A DNA stretch of 64,000 bases from Nageia nagi. Its lineage: Eukaryota > Plantae > Pinophyta. The notes under the pieces were generated by a model that did no database searches, was not told the origin of the DNA, and was given only the letters and a program-made list of their open reading frames with translations. Below, piece after piece: positions 11,361 to 23,981 of this stretch. Every line of letters begins with the position of its first letter. The first letter of the stretch is position 1. The stretch lies in the NCBI GenBank assembly GCA_050084985.1, contig JBITNC010000001.1, forward strand, positions 198,524,001 to 198,588,000, written 5' to 3'. Both the position numbers and the translations under genes were made by a program.

Positions 11361-12928
11361 CACCTGGGTTTCTAGAATGGAGCCTGATATTGAAATCCAT
11401 AGAAGGCTAATGTTTACTATTGTACTTGGAGGGGAAAAGGTATAACAATTGCTATTATCAACACTATGATAGCAGAACCAAGTGCTACGGTTTTAGTAGC
11501 AAACCTACTCAAGGGAGAGAGCTTCTCCAAAAGACTAAAATATGTATACTTTGTAAATAAAAAACGGATGTCCAATTTTAGAACACCTAGTAGAATTTAG
11601 TAAATGTACTATGAAATAAATAGTGATAAGTTATTGCCCAAACTATTGTAAACTTTTAAAGACAGGTTTTGGGTTCATGTATTAAAAACCCCTTTAATTT
11701 GCCAGTGGCCTTTTTTGGTCTTGATAAAAACAAAGGTTATATCTAGGATGTAATATATTGTAGTTTCAACTTCTTCTTTTGTAGAGAATTTGCATGTGTA
11801 GTATTGTCATACATATCCCACAACTGTATGTACTATTTTGAGAGCAATACAAGACTCCATTTAAGTGCCCAAAATCTGATCTTTGTGATGATTTCACTCT
11901 GCTAATTTGTGTGTGAGGTGTATTCATTTGTTGTTGTTATTTTGTTGTCATTTTGTTGTCACTTTTCTAGTTTGAAAGTGTTTCGTCAAATTAAATGCAA
12001 ACTGAGTAAGCAACTTGTTCTGAGCACATAGTCCCAGAATGCACAAAACTGTCCCAAAATACCAATGTTCTGGTTATGCAAGAAATACGACACAGAGGTA
12101 ACAAAATTTAACATTTGGTATCATAGCTTCCACTTTTAACAAATGAAATAGGCCCTTCCTAATCATTGAAATCTTGTTAATAATTGTTTCCCTTGGATAC
12201 AAAAGGAATTTGCCGTCTCTTGTATAGGTGTGCTGAAGCAGGTGCCCCTAGTCTAACCACTCAGATTAATCATTCATTTGTCCCAAGGAACAATATGGAA
12301 GAAACAATTCCCATTCTTATGATGTGACTAGAAAAATTATGTCATTCTTTGGGGTTCTGCAGCTATGGATCATCTTACTTTTGTACTCTCTTGGTTTGGG
12401 TAAACATTTATATCAGCAAAGCAAATTGTGGAAGTCTTGTTTGGAATTTATACAAGGTCTGATCACTGGAATGACCTGGTTCTCTAGTATAGTGGTGCAA
12501 GGCAAATTAAGGATGTTCTCAATCCTTTAAGAAAGTATTTGAACAAACAGGAAATGCTAAATTGTCTGTCAGCTTTGTTATTACCAGTTAAGAGTGTTGA
12601 CACTACAATTTGCATGTTAGCTATTTAAAATGATTTTAATTAAGTGTTTTATTTGCTTTATCCAGAATGTCAATTTTGGACCCACTTGGGATTATTGTGT
12701 AATTTACATAAGTAATATCTTCTAATTTCATCTTATCTCTTGTACACGCCAGCCTAAGTGATTACACTTAGGTGAATTCAAAACTAGATTTTTCATATCT
12801 ATATCAGGAAAAAGGAAAAGACTCATTTGACACAAGGGGAATATAGAGAGTCATCTTTGGATTCCAAGCTTGTTCATGCTTATGCTTTTGAAATGTTTTT
12901 GAGATGTTCTAATCTTAATATCTTTTGC

Positions 12929-13184
12929 AAGACCAATCATATTCTTCCAAGCTTTTCCTTAAACCATATTCGCAGAATATTGCAAAACACATATGTCAAA
13001 GGTTGATGCATCTCAAGAGCCCACAAGGCCTAGAACATGGTCATTCTGGACCCTATAAGACCAATCATATTCTTCTAAGCTTTTCCTTAAACCATATTCA
13101 CAGAACATTGCAAAACACATCTGTCGAAGGTTGACGCATCTCAAGAGTCCACCAGCCCTAAAACATGGTCATTCTGGACACTAC
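12929..13184. repeat. 128-bp tandem duplication (2 copies)
   Basis: AAGACCAATCATATTCTT...GGTCATTCTGGAC starts at 12929 and 13057, with few substitutions. Confidence 0.9.
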
Positions 13185-13529
13185 ATTCCATAACATGGGC
13201 ATTTTTTTACTCTACATTATTTTCCCCAAAAACCATAACGGCATAATTTAGATTCAACTCTAACCAATGTAAAATAATTCCTAGATTAAAATGCTTGTTT
13301 GGTATTCAATGTTTAGAGGTTTCTAGCACTACTAACATTATCTGTACAAAAACATTATTCCAAAGCAGCAATTGTAACTAATATTGCTTTAGACGAAGTG
13401 GGAAAATGGGACCAAGGACTGGTTCTGAGAACAAAGACAAATTTGTAAATTGCTCAGGCATTACCTATGAATGCCATTCAAACATACAGGACACTTCTTG
13501 CCTTAGTACAGTCACAACAAATAAGCATA

Positions 13530-13700
13530 CAGTTCAAGGTGCATTGTAATGAAAAAAGAACTAGAAAAAAGATATAATGGCAACAGTTCAAGGTGTATTG
13601 TAATGACAAAAGAACTAGAAAAAAGATATAATAGCAACAGTTCAAGGTGTATTCTAATGACAAGAGAACTGGAAAAAAGATATAATGGAAACAGTTCAAG
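13530..13700. repeat. 54-bp minisatellite, ~3.2 copies
   Basis: CAGTTCAAGGTGTATTGTAATGACAAAAGAACTAGAAAAAAGATATAATGGCAA unit repeated. Confidence 0.9.
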
Positions 13701-13892
13701 ACGGAGTGTCTCACATGCTTAAAAGCCTTAACTATAAACCAAAAACCAACACTGAATCATATTGAAATTCCAACTTTTCAACAAGGAAATTTACACAAAA
13801 AGTAATCATACACACACAAAAAAGAACGATGAAACAAACTTTCGCTACTCCAAAATAGCCTAAAAATAAGTCCATAATTTCATTTATATTCA

Positions 13893-14234
<342 letters not shown>

Positions 14235-14726
14235 TTAGGAAATGCAATTGTTAATACATAATGAAGGTAAATAACAAGAAATCTGTAAACAATGAAATTA
14301 GAGTCGAAACAACAGAAAATTGAAATAATGGCTTCTTTTGATCACATAGGTTCAGGAGATGGATTCTCAACATAATAATCAGTATGGACCATCATATTTT
14401 GAAAATTTGGTCAAATAACATCAACAAAATCCTCCCTGAATCTATCTTTCTATGTCTATCTCTCCCCACTCTATTTCCCCTTGACACTCTTTCTATCACC
14501 CTATCCCCTTTCCTTCCCTGCCCATACAAGTGTGCACATGTATTCATGCCTTCATGCACCCATGATACATATGAGATATAAATTCCTTGACATTCTCTCC
14601 ACAGATACAACAGAAATGAATAAGCTTGCATACTTTACCTGGCCATTCAGATTACTAGTAATCCTATGAATTGCTTGCACAAGACCTACACAAAAGGGAT
14701 AATGTACAAATGTAGAGATGCTTGCA

Positions 14727-15815
14727 TGTGACGTCCCCCTTGAGCTCCGGACAACTTAAGAGGATTCTTGAGAATCCCATTGTAATGTAGGTTTACTTTG
14801 TGGTCTTATTTCATGTTGTAACTAGGGATAGGAGACTTATTTGGGTAATTGAACCCCATTTGTAAGCTCCAAGTGGGACGTCTCGCTCCTTTGGACTAGT
14901 TTAGGTGATTTATGGCTTACTATGCATGCGTCAGGCCCAGAGTGGCCCCACATCCACCCAGAAGACCCAAATCCATCAAGAGGTCCCATGTCAATCTACC
15001 AGCGAATCCTGTGCATGCGTGGCATCCCAAGGACACACGTTAGCCATCTAGGCATAAGGGAGGACCCACGTGGCATGTCTGGACACTTGGACAACCACGT
15101 GTGGGCATTATGAGCCCCTAACTAGCCAACATTGGAATAGAGGTGGAGATTGGTGACTACGAGGCAAGGAGACAATGTGAGACTATAAATAGACATTAAA
15201 GCTCATTTGGATGTTAGCTGATTGATTATTATTATTATTATTATTGTTAATTGTTCGTGTGACTATCTGAACTTGGCAGTGTTGAGTGAATCTTCTTGGA
15301 CGAAGCGTCTAGAGGGTGTTAGGGCTGAGGGATCTCGAGCATCTACAATTAGGTGGAGCATCTAACCCATTCGGTGGCATCCGAGGGCCAATTCCTACCT
15401 TCAGTGGTTTACCAAGATTTGAGGAGACTCCTTCGTAGGAGTGGATCTGAGCTTTAAGGGAATTAGTTTGTCCCATGGTTCCAATTGTGTCACACTATAT
15501 CCAACTATCATTGTATTGGCCTTAGGGCACATTTGGGAAATCATCAATAAAGTCCATTGCCTCATTGTGTTGTGCGATTGGTGTATTGTGCATGTGATTG
15601 GGGCTAGCCCCTGTTTATGTTGGTTTTCCACATTATGGGCATTCATTGGGTTTATGGTATCATTGAAACCCTAGGAGGGCTAACATCAACCTTGGGAGTG
15701 TGATTGTGCCCTAGAGGGCCAACGTTGTGTGGTGGAAGTGTAGTTGAGGGTTTGGGAAACCCTAGCTGGGTCTCATTAGGTGCATTTGGCACAAGTGTTC
15801 ATTTGGAACATCACA
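14727..15815 (+). mobile_element. Solo LTR (1,089 bp), Gypsy chromovirus-related
   Basis: TGTGA...TCACA ends with perfect TSD TTGCA (14722-14726, 15816-15820). Shares AAGTGGGACGTC and GCTGAGGGATC motifs with the LTRs at 30499 and 34650. TATA at ~15183. Confidence 0.9.
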
Positions 15816-15849
15816 TTGCAAATGTAGCGAAAATCCCATTGCTAGGTTT

Positions 15850-16440
15850 TTTGCACTGACTCTTTCATACTTTGACTTCAAAGCAAGTGGAGATGCTTGC
15901 ATTAGAGTCCTTAAGCAGACTTGAGATTACAAGCATTCAATATTAGAACTTAAATAAATCAAAGCAAATCATAAATGTCCACAAGTGAACAAAGTAGGTC
16001 AATGGGTTCCAATGGTCCACCAAGTAATCAAAACAATGAAAGAGTGCCTAAAGCACTTCTAGATTCAAGAAATAAACACAATCGAATTAAATAAGTGAAC
16101 CATAGGAGTGATGTACAAGTTCTAACCCTAGATATTGTAGTAGAAAAAATAGTATGAGAAGAAACATCCTTGTGAAAAGAGAGGCCAACTAAGACTTAAG
16201 CAGCAAAACCCTAGCCAACTACTAAATCATAAAAGCTCTTAGAATCTCTAGTAAGTATCAATGCCTAGCCTAATAAAGTCTTCAAGAGAGATAGCTAAGC
16301 TAAAAGAGCCCAGCTATCCTATTTGTGGCTATGTTGACATGAATAGAGCTCAAAAGTGGAAACCAGCAGAAAAACTTATTCTTTGAGAGTTGTGAGAGAT
16401 AATTCCCAAGACTTAGCACTAGGAACACCAACTTCAATGG
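15850..16440 (-). mobile_element. Highly decayed LINE ORF2 (post-RT) remnant
   Basis: Weak resemblance to the KYLGLPL...RIASW...L segment of plant L1 ORF2 on the minus strand, with many stops. Confidence 0.3.
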
Positions 16441-19012
16441 TCCCAACCATAGTTGAGAAACTCGAACTTAGCAAGCCAAAAACTTGGTAATTTTTTTTTT
16501 TTAAATGCAATTTTTCATTGAAAAACAAATTCATACATATCAGTATCTTATATCACAATTACTCAACACTCAATATTTAAAAAATAAAAGATTAACATTG
16601 TGCTCATAAGAATATTATGAAGAAGAAGAAGCATATTCTTGTACTGCTTATAACATCAAAAATATACAAATTACAAAATGTGTCATGACTCATGATAAAT
16701 ACAATACCTCAAAATTTGGCAACTACTTTGCCCTTTGCCCAAGAATAAGCTCTAATCTGCCTTTGTGACTTTGTGGATTCATGTGCCTCTTTTTGTGCCA
16801 ATAAAAGATCTCATGACTAGGGTGTTTTTCAAAAAGTTTAATAGGTGATGTCATCTTATGTTATCAAGAAACCTCTTCCTATGCCTTCATTGCTAACTCT
16901 ACTATGCTTTCAAATTCTTCATTGGGGAAGCAAGGCTCTTGTAGTTCTTGCTTCTTCTACATTTGCCCTATGATTTGTTTAAATAATGAATCAATCTAAT
17001 CTATATCAATGGCCTTGTGATTTGATCCTACAATTTGTTTATAGTGACGGAAAAAATTATAAAGAACAAAACACAAGATCATTCAATTTCTCGTGTTAAT
17101 TTATTCCTTTTTTTGGAGTGTATGTGCTCAAAAACACTTCAATTGCACTCACAACATGAAGCATTGCATGCTTGGCGTAAAACTTTGATGCCAAAGCGTT
17201 GTAGGTTGAGCATATATGCACCAAATCCCTCCCACCATAAATCTAGAAAGAGCCAAGAAAAAAGAGAATCAATACTTCACATGTAAAATTTAAATTGAGA
17301 TTGTTTTTTGAAACAAAATCAAAAGAAAAAATAAATAATAATTTGATGAGGGTTACTTGGCCTCAAAGTTGTCCTCACTGTAATGCACTCTATGGATTTA
17401 AAAAGGATGTCCTCCCATCTCTTATGCACTCTGTGATATACTATAAAAGACAAAAACATGATATGCTACATATCTTGAAATAAGTATGAAGATTCATACC
17501 TAAACAGTTAACCTAATTCATTTGGACATATTTGTACTACATTTTATCAATATTTGAATTTGTTGAAACTTGAAAATTTGAAGTTTAGAACTAGAGAGTT
17601 TGACAACCCTGTATAGTACTTACTACTTACTAGTAAAGTCAGCAAAACATGAAAATTTTATTTTATTGTTTGAAGTTTTGAACTGCAGCCTTTAACCTTC
17701 ATGGTTTGGCTTTGAGCATCCTCGTATTGAGGGAATATCAATAACTTATGCTTGTTACAAACTTACAACATTGGTTATATTTGAAAGGTGAAAATGAGAC
17801 TATGAAAGAAACAACCAAGGGGATAATAATAGGCAAAATGTAATGTCCCCAATTTCGAGAAACTTTGTTTAAGGCGTAACTTTCGTCACAACCCATGGAT
17901 CGCTGATTTGGCTTCTAGAATGGATACAGAATATTGTGCCAATCGTTTTGACAAGTCACATGACATGGTTCTGTCAAGAAACAAAGAATATATGGACTTT
18001 CGAAGATTGGCCCCGACGCCAATTCTTGCTATCGTGCACGGGACCCAATTTATTAATATTGTATTTAGTGTCGTTTGTGACACTTATAATTAATGGTCTA
18101 GCCCTATGAGGGGTATTAGGAGTGAACTATAATTAGATTAGGAATCTTTGTTATTTTATAATAAAAGTGGGCAATGTTTTGTAATAAGGAAATATATTAT
18201 TCCTTAATTGCCCAATGTTTAGCTTACGAGAAGTCATTTGTCAATTAAGAGTTATTTATATTTCTAGGTTGGGTCGGCCAACCACAAATTAGAATTGGAC
18301 TTCTATAAAAGGGAAGTGAGCACCTCATTTGAAGACATCATCTTGTGCATTCAATCTTGGATCATTCGGAGCTTAGGGATGCTTTCCTTCTCTACCTTCT
18401 AGGGCTTAGGGCTACTCCCTAGCCTAGAAGTGGCTCATCTACACTTCTACATCTCTTGAAGCGCTTGTGCCTATCATTTTTGCCACTTGAGAGCTTGCGC
18501 CAACCATTGGGAGACATCTTGATACTTGCGCCTAGCTTGGGATCCTTCTTGGGACATGCAACAACCTTGAGGAGTCTAGTTTGAGCATTTTGGAGTCTTG
18601 GGCTTTGCCCTAGAACTTGTTACAGCCCTACACTTATTCTTGGTTGATTATTGATGATATTGGCTCTCATATTTCATCTCAAATGCGAATGAATGTTCCT
18701 ATATATTTCTGCTATGCATCTATCTTCTTTGTGCATGGGAATGTATGTGAATTGAGTACTTTGGAGCTATGTTTCCGTTACGTAACAGATCTGATTTGTG
18801 CCCTAGTTTTGGTCTTGTTCATATGTTATAAGCGCTCTATATCAGATTTGGCTACTGCTGTTGTATTCCAGTTTTGAACACATGTTTGGATATTTAATGA
18901 GCATGTTCATTGATGCCCTAATTTATGAATGAATGAGGAATTGAATGCTAAATTCGATAAACCCTAGAAAGGTACATTACAATAGTATCAAAGCTATGAT
19001 CTTGCCAAACTG

Positions 19013-22000
19013 TTGGGAAGATTAAAAGAAATCTCAAAAGGAGACATCCCAATCATGGAGGATTGGGAGATGGCTGAATTATTCAAGGAATACAAAAGGA
19101 CGTCCGAAGCATTCAAAAGCATGGTAACCTTCGAATATTATTTGAAGATGTCTGAGGCAAAGAATTATCTAAAGATTATTAAGAAACAAGGGGAAAGAAG
19201 AAGTCTTTCTTTATGGTTGTCCAAGGCCCTTAACCTTGATCTGCACACTAAAGAAGATGATGGAAATATTATAACAGGTTTCGATGACAAAAAAGAAATT
19301 TTGCTTCATGGGACTGAATTGACACGAGTTTTGTGATAAAGGCGCCACATTACCACAAGAGCATGCACCAAAGGACTTTAGAGAAGTTGAAGATTCTAAG
19401 GACCTTGCCCAACCAAAAAAAAGAATCATGCCAAGAAGATATCATAGGGGTAGTTGATACTGATTTTGGGAGTGATCAAGAGTCTAGTGTTGAAAGAAGA
19501 TAATGGTGATGCTTTGCCACACAAGGTATGTTTAGAACCCAAAAATGTTTCCTTTGAGATGAATAGACCTACATATATTGAGGATGTAGTTAAAAAGGAT
19601 GACAAGTTTGTCGTGAAAGAACATGATGAAGATGAATGTATTGGAATTTCCAAATCAGCTTGTGAGAGCATACACGCTAGTTCCAACCCTTTGGTTTTGA
19701 AGAATAATGTATCAATTCCTTATAAGGATCACCATACTCTCTCAGATCAGCTCTTAACTCCATAGGATCCAGGTTTTTTGGTACCAAGATATGATGAAAA
19801 TGAAGAGGCAACCATTGATGACCCTCATTTTGCAACATCAATGGAAGACAATATTGATTGTTGTAATAAGGCAGCAAACTTTGGTGAGACAATTGGGAAT
19901 TCCCAACAACCAGTTTTGAGCTTCCAAGAAGACCACTCTATTCTTGAGAAGCTTTGGAGGAGTTTGGAAGAGAACGTCCACCTCTTGCAACCACCTTTGT
20001 GCCATTTGGAAACATTGAGCAGCCTTGGGAACATAGCAGAGAGTTATGCATTAGGCCATAATTTTGTCTTGCTGGTTTCTAATCTTGCTTAGGGTAGAAG
20101 CAACAGTTGCATAGGGGACATGGCTAAAGACACTAGCATGGGTGTTGATCTTGCATACATGAGAGAGAAGAATGTTGCATCTCTAGGGAGTGCAACGCAT
20201 GATGTTGAAGACATTATGAAAGGGATCATCAGGCTCTTGGCTGATGATACATCATTTGCTGCTGTACACACCATTGGTGTGGCACCTTTTGACAATTGGG
20301 AGGCTGCTTAGAATGATGTGATGGCGAATAAGGTAGTAAAGGCCGTTGTGGGGACTTTCCTTTACCTGTTAAGGGCTGCAAATGATGAGGCTCCAATGGT
20401 TGACAATGGACACGCTGCTGTTGTACCCTTTGTTGATGGTTTAGGGGCTCTTGATTATGTATGGAGGGCTGCACTTATTATTGATCGTAAGGGCACTGTA
20501 GCTGCACATTTGGAGATTGTTCTTTATCTGCTAAAGGCTGCGTTTAATGAACGAAAGACTGCTGTTTGTAAAACTAAGGATGATGTCATAGTGGCTGCAT
20601 TTTAATGATATTTTGAAGACTGTTATCCCCCACTTAAGGACTGCATTGACTGCTGATGGGATGGAGAAGATGTTGAGGGATGAAGACATTCTTAGGGCTA
20701 CTAATTGTTCCTTGGAAAAAGTAATTGCAAGAGAATATGAGCTTGAAAAACATTTACACAAAGTGGATGGAGGTGATGCAAAAACTCATTTTGGAGCTCT
20801 TCGTGTTGGGAAGAGAATTGATGATGCAAAGGAAGAAGACTTGAGGACTGTTGGGAGTATTCCATTTCCAGTTTCAGCTTTGGGATGTGGCATCCACCTT
20901 CTTGAGCATCATAGGGAACTTCTGAAGGGTTGGAGCAGCCATAGGAGCACCCTGGGAGGGTCTGCTGTGAATTCTGATTTTAACGATGGCCATTCTTCAA
21001 TTTTAGGAGGCCTAGGACACATGATCCAAAGAGTCTTGACCTTGGGAAGATACCTCTACTCTCTAGGACAGCATTTGGGCACTCTGAAAACTTGGGACAG
21101 CGTTGATGGCCTTCAGAGAAGGTATGAAACGACTTCTGATTTTGTTTTGAGATGTGACAGTGGTAGATTGACAATAGATATCCATACGAAAGCATTGAAG
21201 TTGTGAAGCGTCCAAATAAATTGACCACTGCTTTTGCAAAGTTCGTTCACTTTCTTGAGCATCATCTCAACCACAGGAAAGTTTGTGACAGACATAAACG
21301 CACTTAAGAAAAGTACGGAACGGTCTTTGATCTTGTTTTGTCATGGTTAAGAAGGTTTCCTTTGCTCTCAGATTGGTTAACTGTTAATAAATGCCTGAAT
21401 GTTGTTTGGCACACCCAAAAAAATAGAAAACACTGTTTTGAGCAGCATATATGGTGAGCACTGATAACACAATTTTGGGGACGTTGGAGATGAAGTTAGG
21501 GACTGCCAACGTTGAGGAAAAGGACATTACAATTGCCAGGACTGAAATTCATGATTGGGAAACTACAAACAATGGCAATATCTCTCCTGCTGTGAATACA
21601 CCAGAATCTGCAATTTTCATAATGGTTGGGACTGAAATTGGAGTTGAACGGAAAATGGCACTTGGGCAAAACATTCAGACTATTGTTAAATTTGATTTAG
21701 TAACATTTGAAGATGTTGTTATGTTTTCAATGACAGATTTGGAGGTTGTTATTCACTCATCAAGGGCTGCAATTGATGACATACTGTCTACCACTCGTTG
21801 TGTAAAGAAAGGGGCTGATGATTGGGCTGTTGTTGGCATTTTCAAAGCTATTTCTGCGACTACTGATGACACATTGTTGGGGACTTTAGGGACAGCAGTT
21901 CTTACACACTTTGGAACCATTCTAAATGGCAAAATATTGACAAACTTTGGAAGGACTGTTGCTACATTCTTCAAGGCTGATTTGAAACAATTAAGGGCTG

Positions 22001-22845
22001 CTGTTCACACATCAGGAACTGCACTTTTCACAGAGTTTGGTAGTGTATTTGTGCTACTTTTAGGAGGCAAGAAGTTGACAGTTGTGGTGTGCAAAAAGAA
22101 GGGTGTTAAAATGAAGTGTTGGACTAAATTGAGACAGTTAGAGGTTGTACCTTGTTTCAGAACTGAGCTTCACTGGTTTATTGTTTTTGAAAGGACAAGA
22201 GGAGTTTCCACACCACTTGCATTTCCAGTCTGGTTTCAATTTCACTTCAAAACTGAGTTTGGGGCTCTTTTAGAGACATTAGAGATGGCATTTGGTAACA
22301 GGTCCAGATCCTTCGTAACTACTGCATTTGGGTTGAGAAATTTCAAGAGTGCATTCTTGATGTCACTAGTGAAAATAGTCAAAATTACAATAAGAATATT
22401 GTGGGCTGCACCTTCATGACCCTGGATAGCAGTTTTGATGATCTTTGTTGTTAATTTTCCAATGTCATTTGGGGCTGCATAGGATCTAAATTTTGGGGCA
22501 GTTTTCCCCATGAGATTTGAATCTTTTAAGATGTCTTTCATGATGACTAGGACTATTACCCCTCAGAATTTCAAATATGTCAGTTTTGTGAAGAATGATG
22601 AGCATGAGTTGATGGATTTTATATATGATTGCTTGCAAGAAAAGAAGAGAAACCATAATGTGGCAAAGATAGAACACTTTCAGATTGTAGTAGCAGCATG
22701 TGTGGGACTTGACGTTGCCCTTGCACTATTGTTTGTTCTTGCTAAGGAGAAAAGCGCACAGTTTTGTCACATGAGATTCACAGCCAAAGTAGAGCCACAT
22801 CAACATAGAAGGCCTACTTCTTTCACATGGATTTGGGAACCTTGA
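19013..22845 (+). pseudogene. Long decayed ORF of the LARD-like element; gag-like N-terminus followed by unassigned sequence
   Basis: ORF pieces 19013, 19454, 19778, 20120 and 20318 share one frame, and later pieces include a 322-aa open stretch. The start ELFKEYKR...MVTFEYYL loosely resembles the segment LRRNVDFNGYL of the gag at ~60289. Confidence 0.5.
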
Positions 22846-23981
22846 GTAACAACTGAGTTTTGTTGGGGGCTTTTTCTTTCCTACCCCTTGCAAGTTAGCA
22901 ATTGTTATTGCAAGGCTTGTAGAAAGACTCTGACACCTGACTGGTAGGGCGTTACCCCTACCTACTATGAGGACTTTTACCTCAAAGGTTTGCAAATGGA
23001 AAGTGCAAGGGTTCACTCAGGCGAAAAGGTGGAGATGTTTAAAGCTATTAACTCAAAAGAGAATTTGTTACTCAAGGACTCGAAGAGTCCCTAATCCAAT
23101 TATAATTGTTTCTCAAAAAAAAAGAAATAAAAAAATGGTCTCTTGCGAAAGCCGTGCAAAGAAAATGAAAAAGAAAAGAAAAATAAAAGGAGTAAAAAGA
23201 CAGTGATATATGAGTTGGGCTCCTAGGCAATGTTTTCATTGATTAATATGACTTTCTAAAATCGAACTTGTGCGAGTTTGATATAAGTTCCATGCACCCC
23301 CAATTCCAGCTTGAAAGGCGACAACATGAACATCCTAATGAGAGGAGCATGGCGCTCAGGAAATGAAAGAAAGGTGAGGCATAGGTATGACTCAATCTTG
23401 GCGTGAAGTTCTTATGCTAAACGGCATACACAAGTCATTTCAGAACACATTAATCCTAAGTGCAAACTATGAAATATCACAATGAAACACTTTTTGAAAT
23501 ATTTCCAAAAGATATACAAGCACTCTTTTATCCACCTATTAGGTTTATAAAATGACCCAAATATTCAAGATAGCATTAACATGTAATGCTTATTCACATT
23601 CATAGTTCCAAATGAAAACAAGCTCACTTCAATTACTTGGAATCATATCACAATTGCCAAAAAGGGAAAACTTGTAAGTTTTTAGAGTATTATTTTAAGT
23701 AGTCCCGGTTTCAAAGAATGTCTAATCTTCACAAATGAGCCCAAATGGGCTATATACAATTTTTGAGCAACCCAAAGTGTTGCCCTAACCCTAATTACGA
23801 TTTTTAAGAAAATCAAATATGGTCCAACATAAATATGCCACATGGCATCCCAAGATATCATCCAAATTTGTGGGAGCAAATCCTCATCCATCAAAAACTT
23901 GAGAATTTATTAACAAATAAATTAAAGTCTCCAAAAATAACCACGTAATAAATAACAAATAAAAAACAACAAATGATGTAA

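Noticed and set aside
17595-17611. hAT TIR-like GAGTTTGACAACCCTG as the end of the element starting at 16448
   Set aside because: No 8-bp TSD match, and hAT 5'-end features appear further on (30055-30224, 42305-42626). It may be a separate small remnant.
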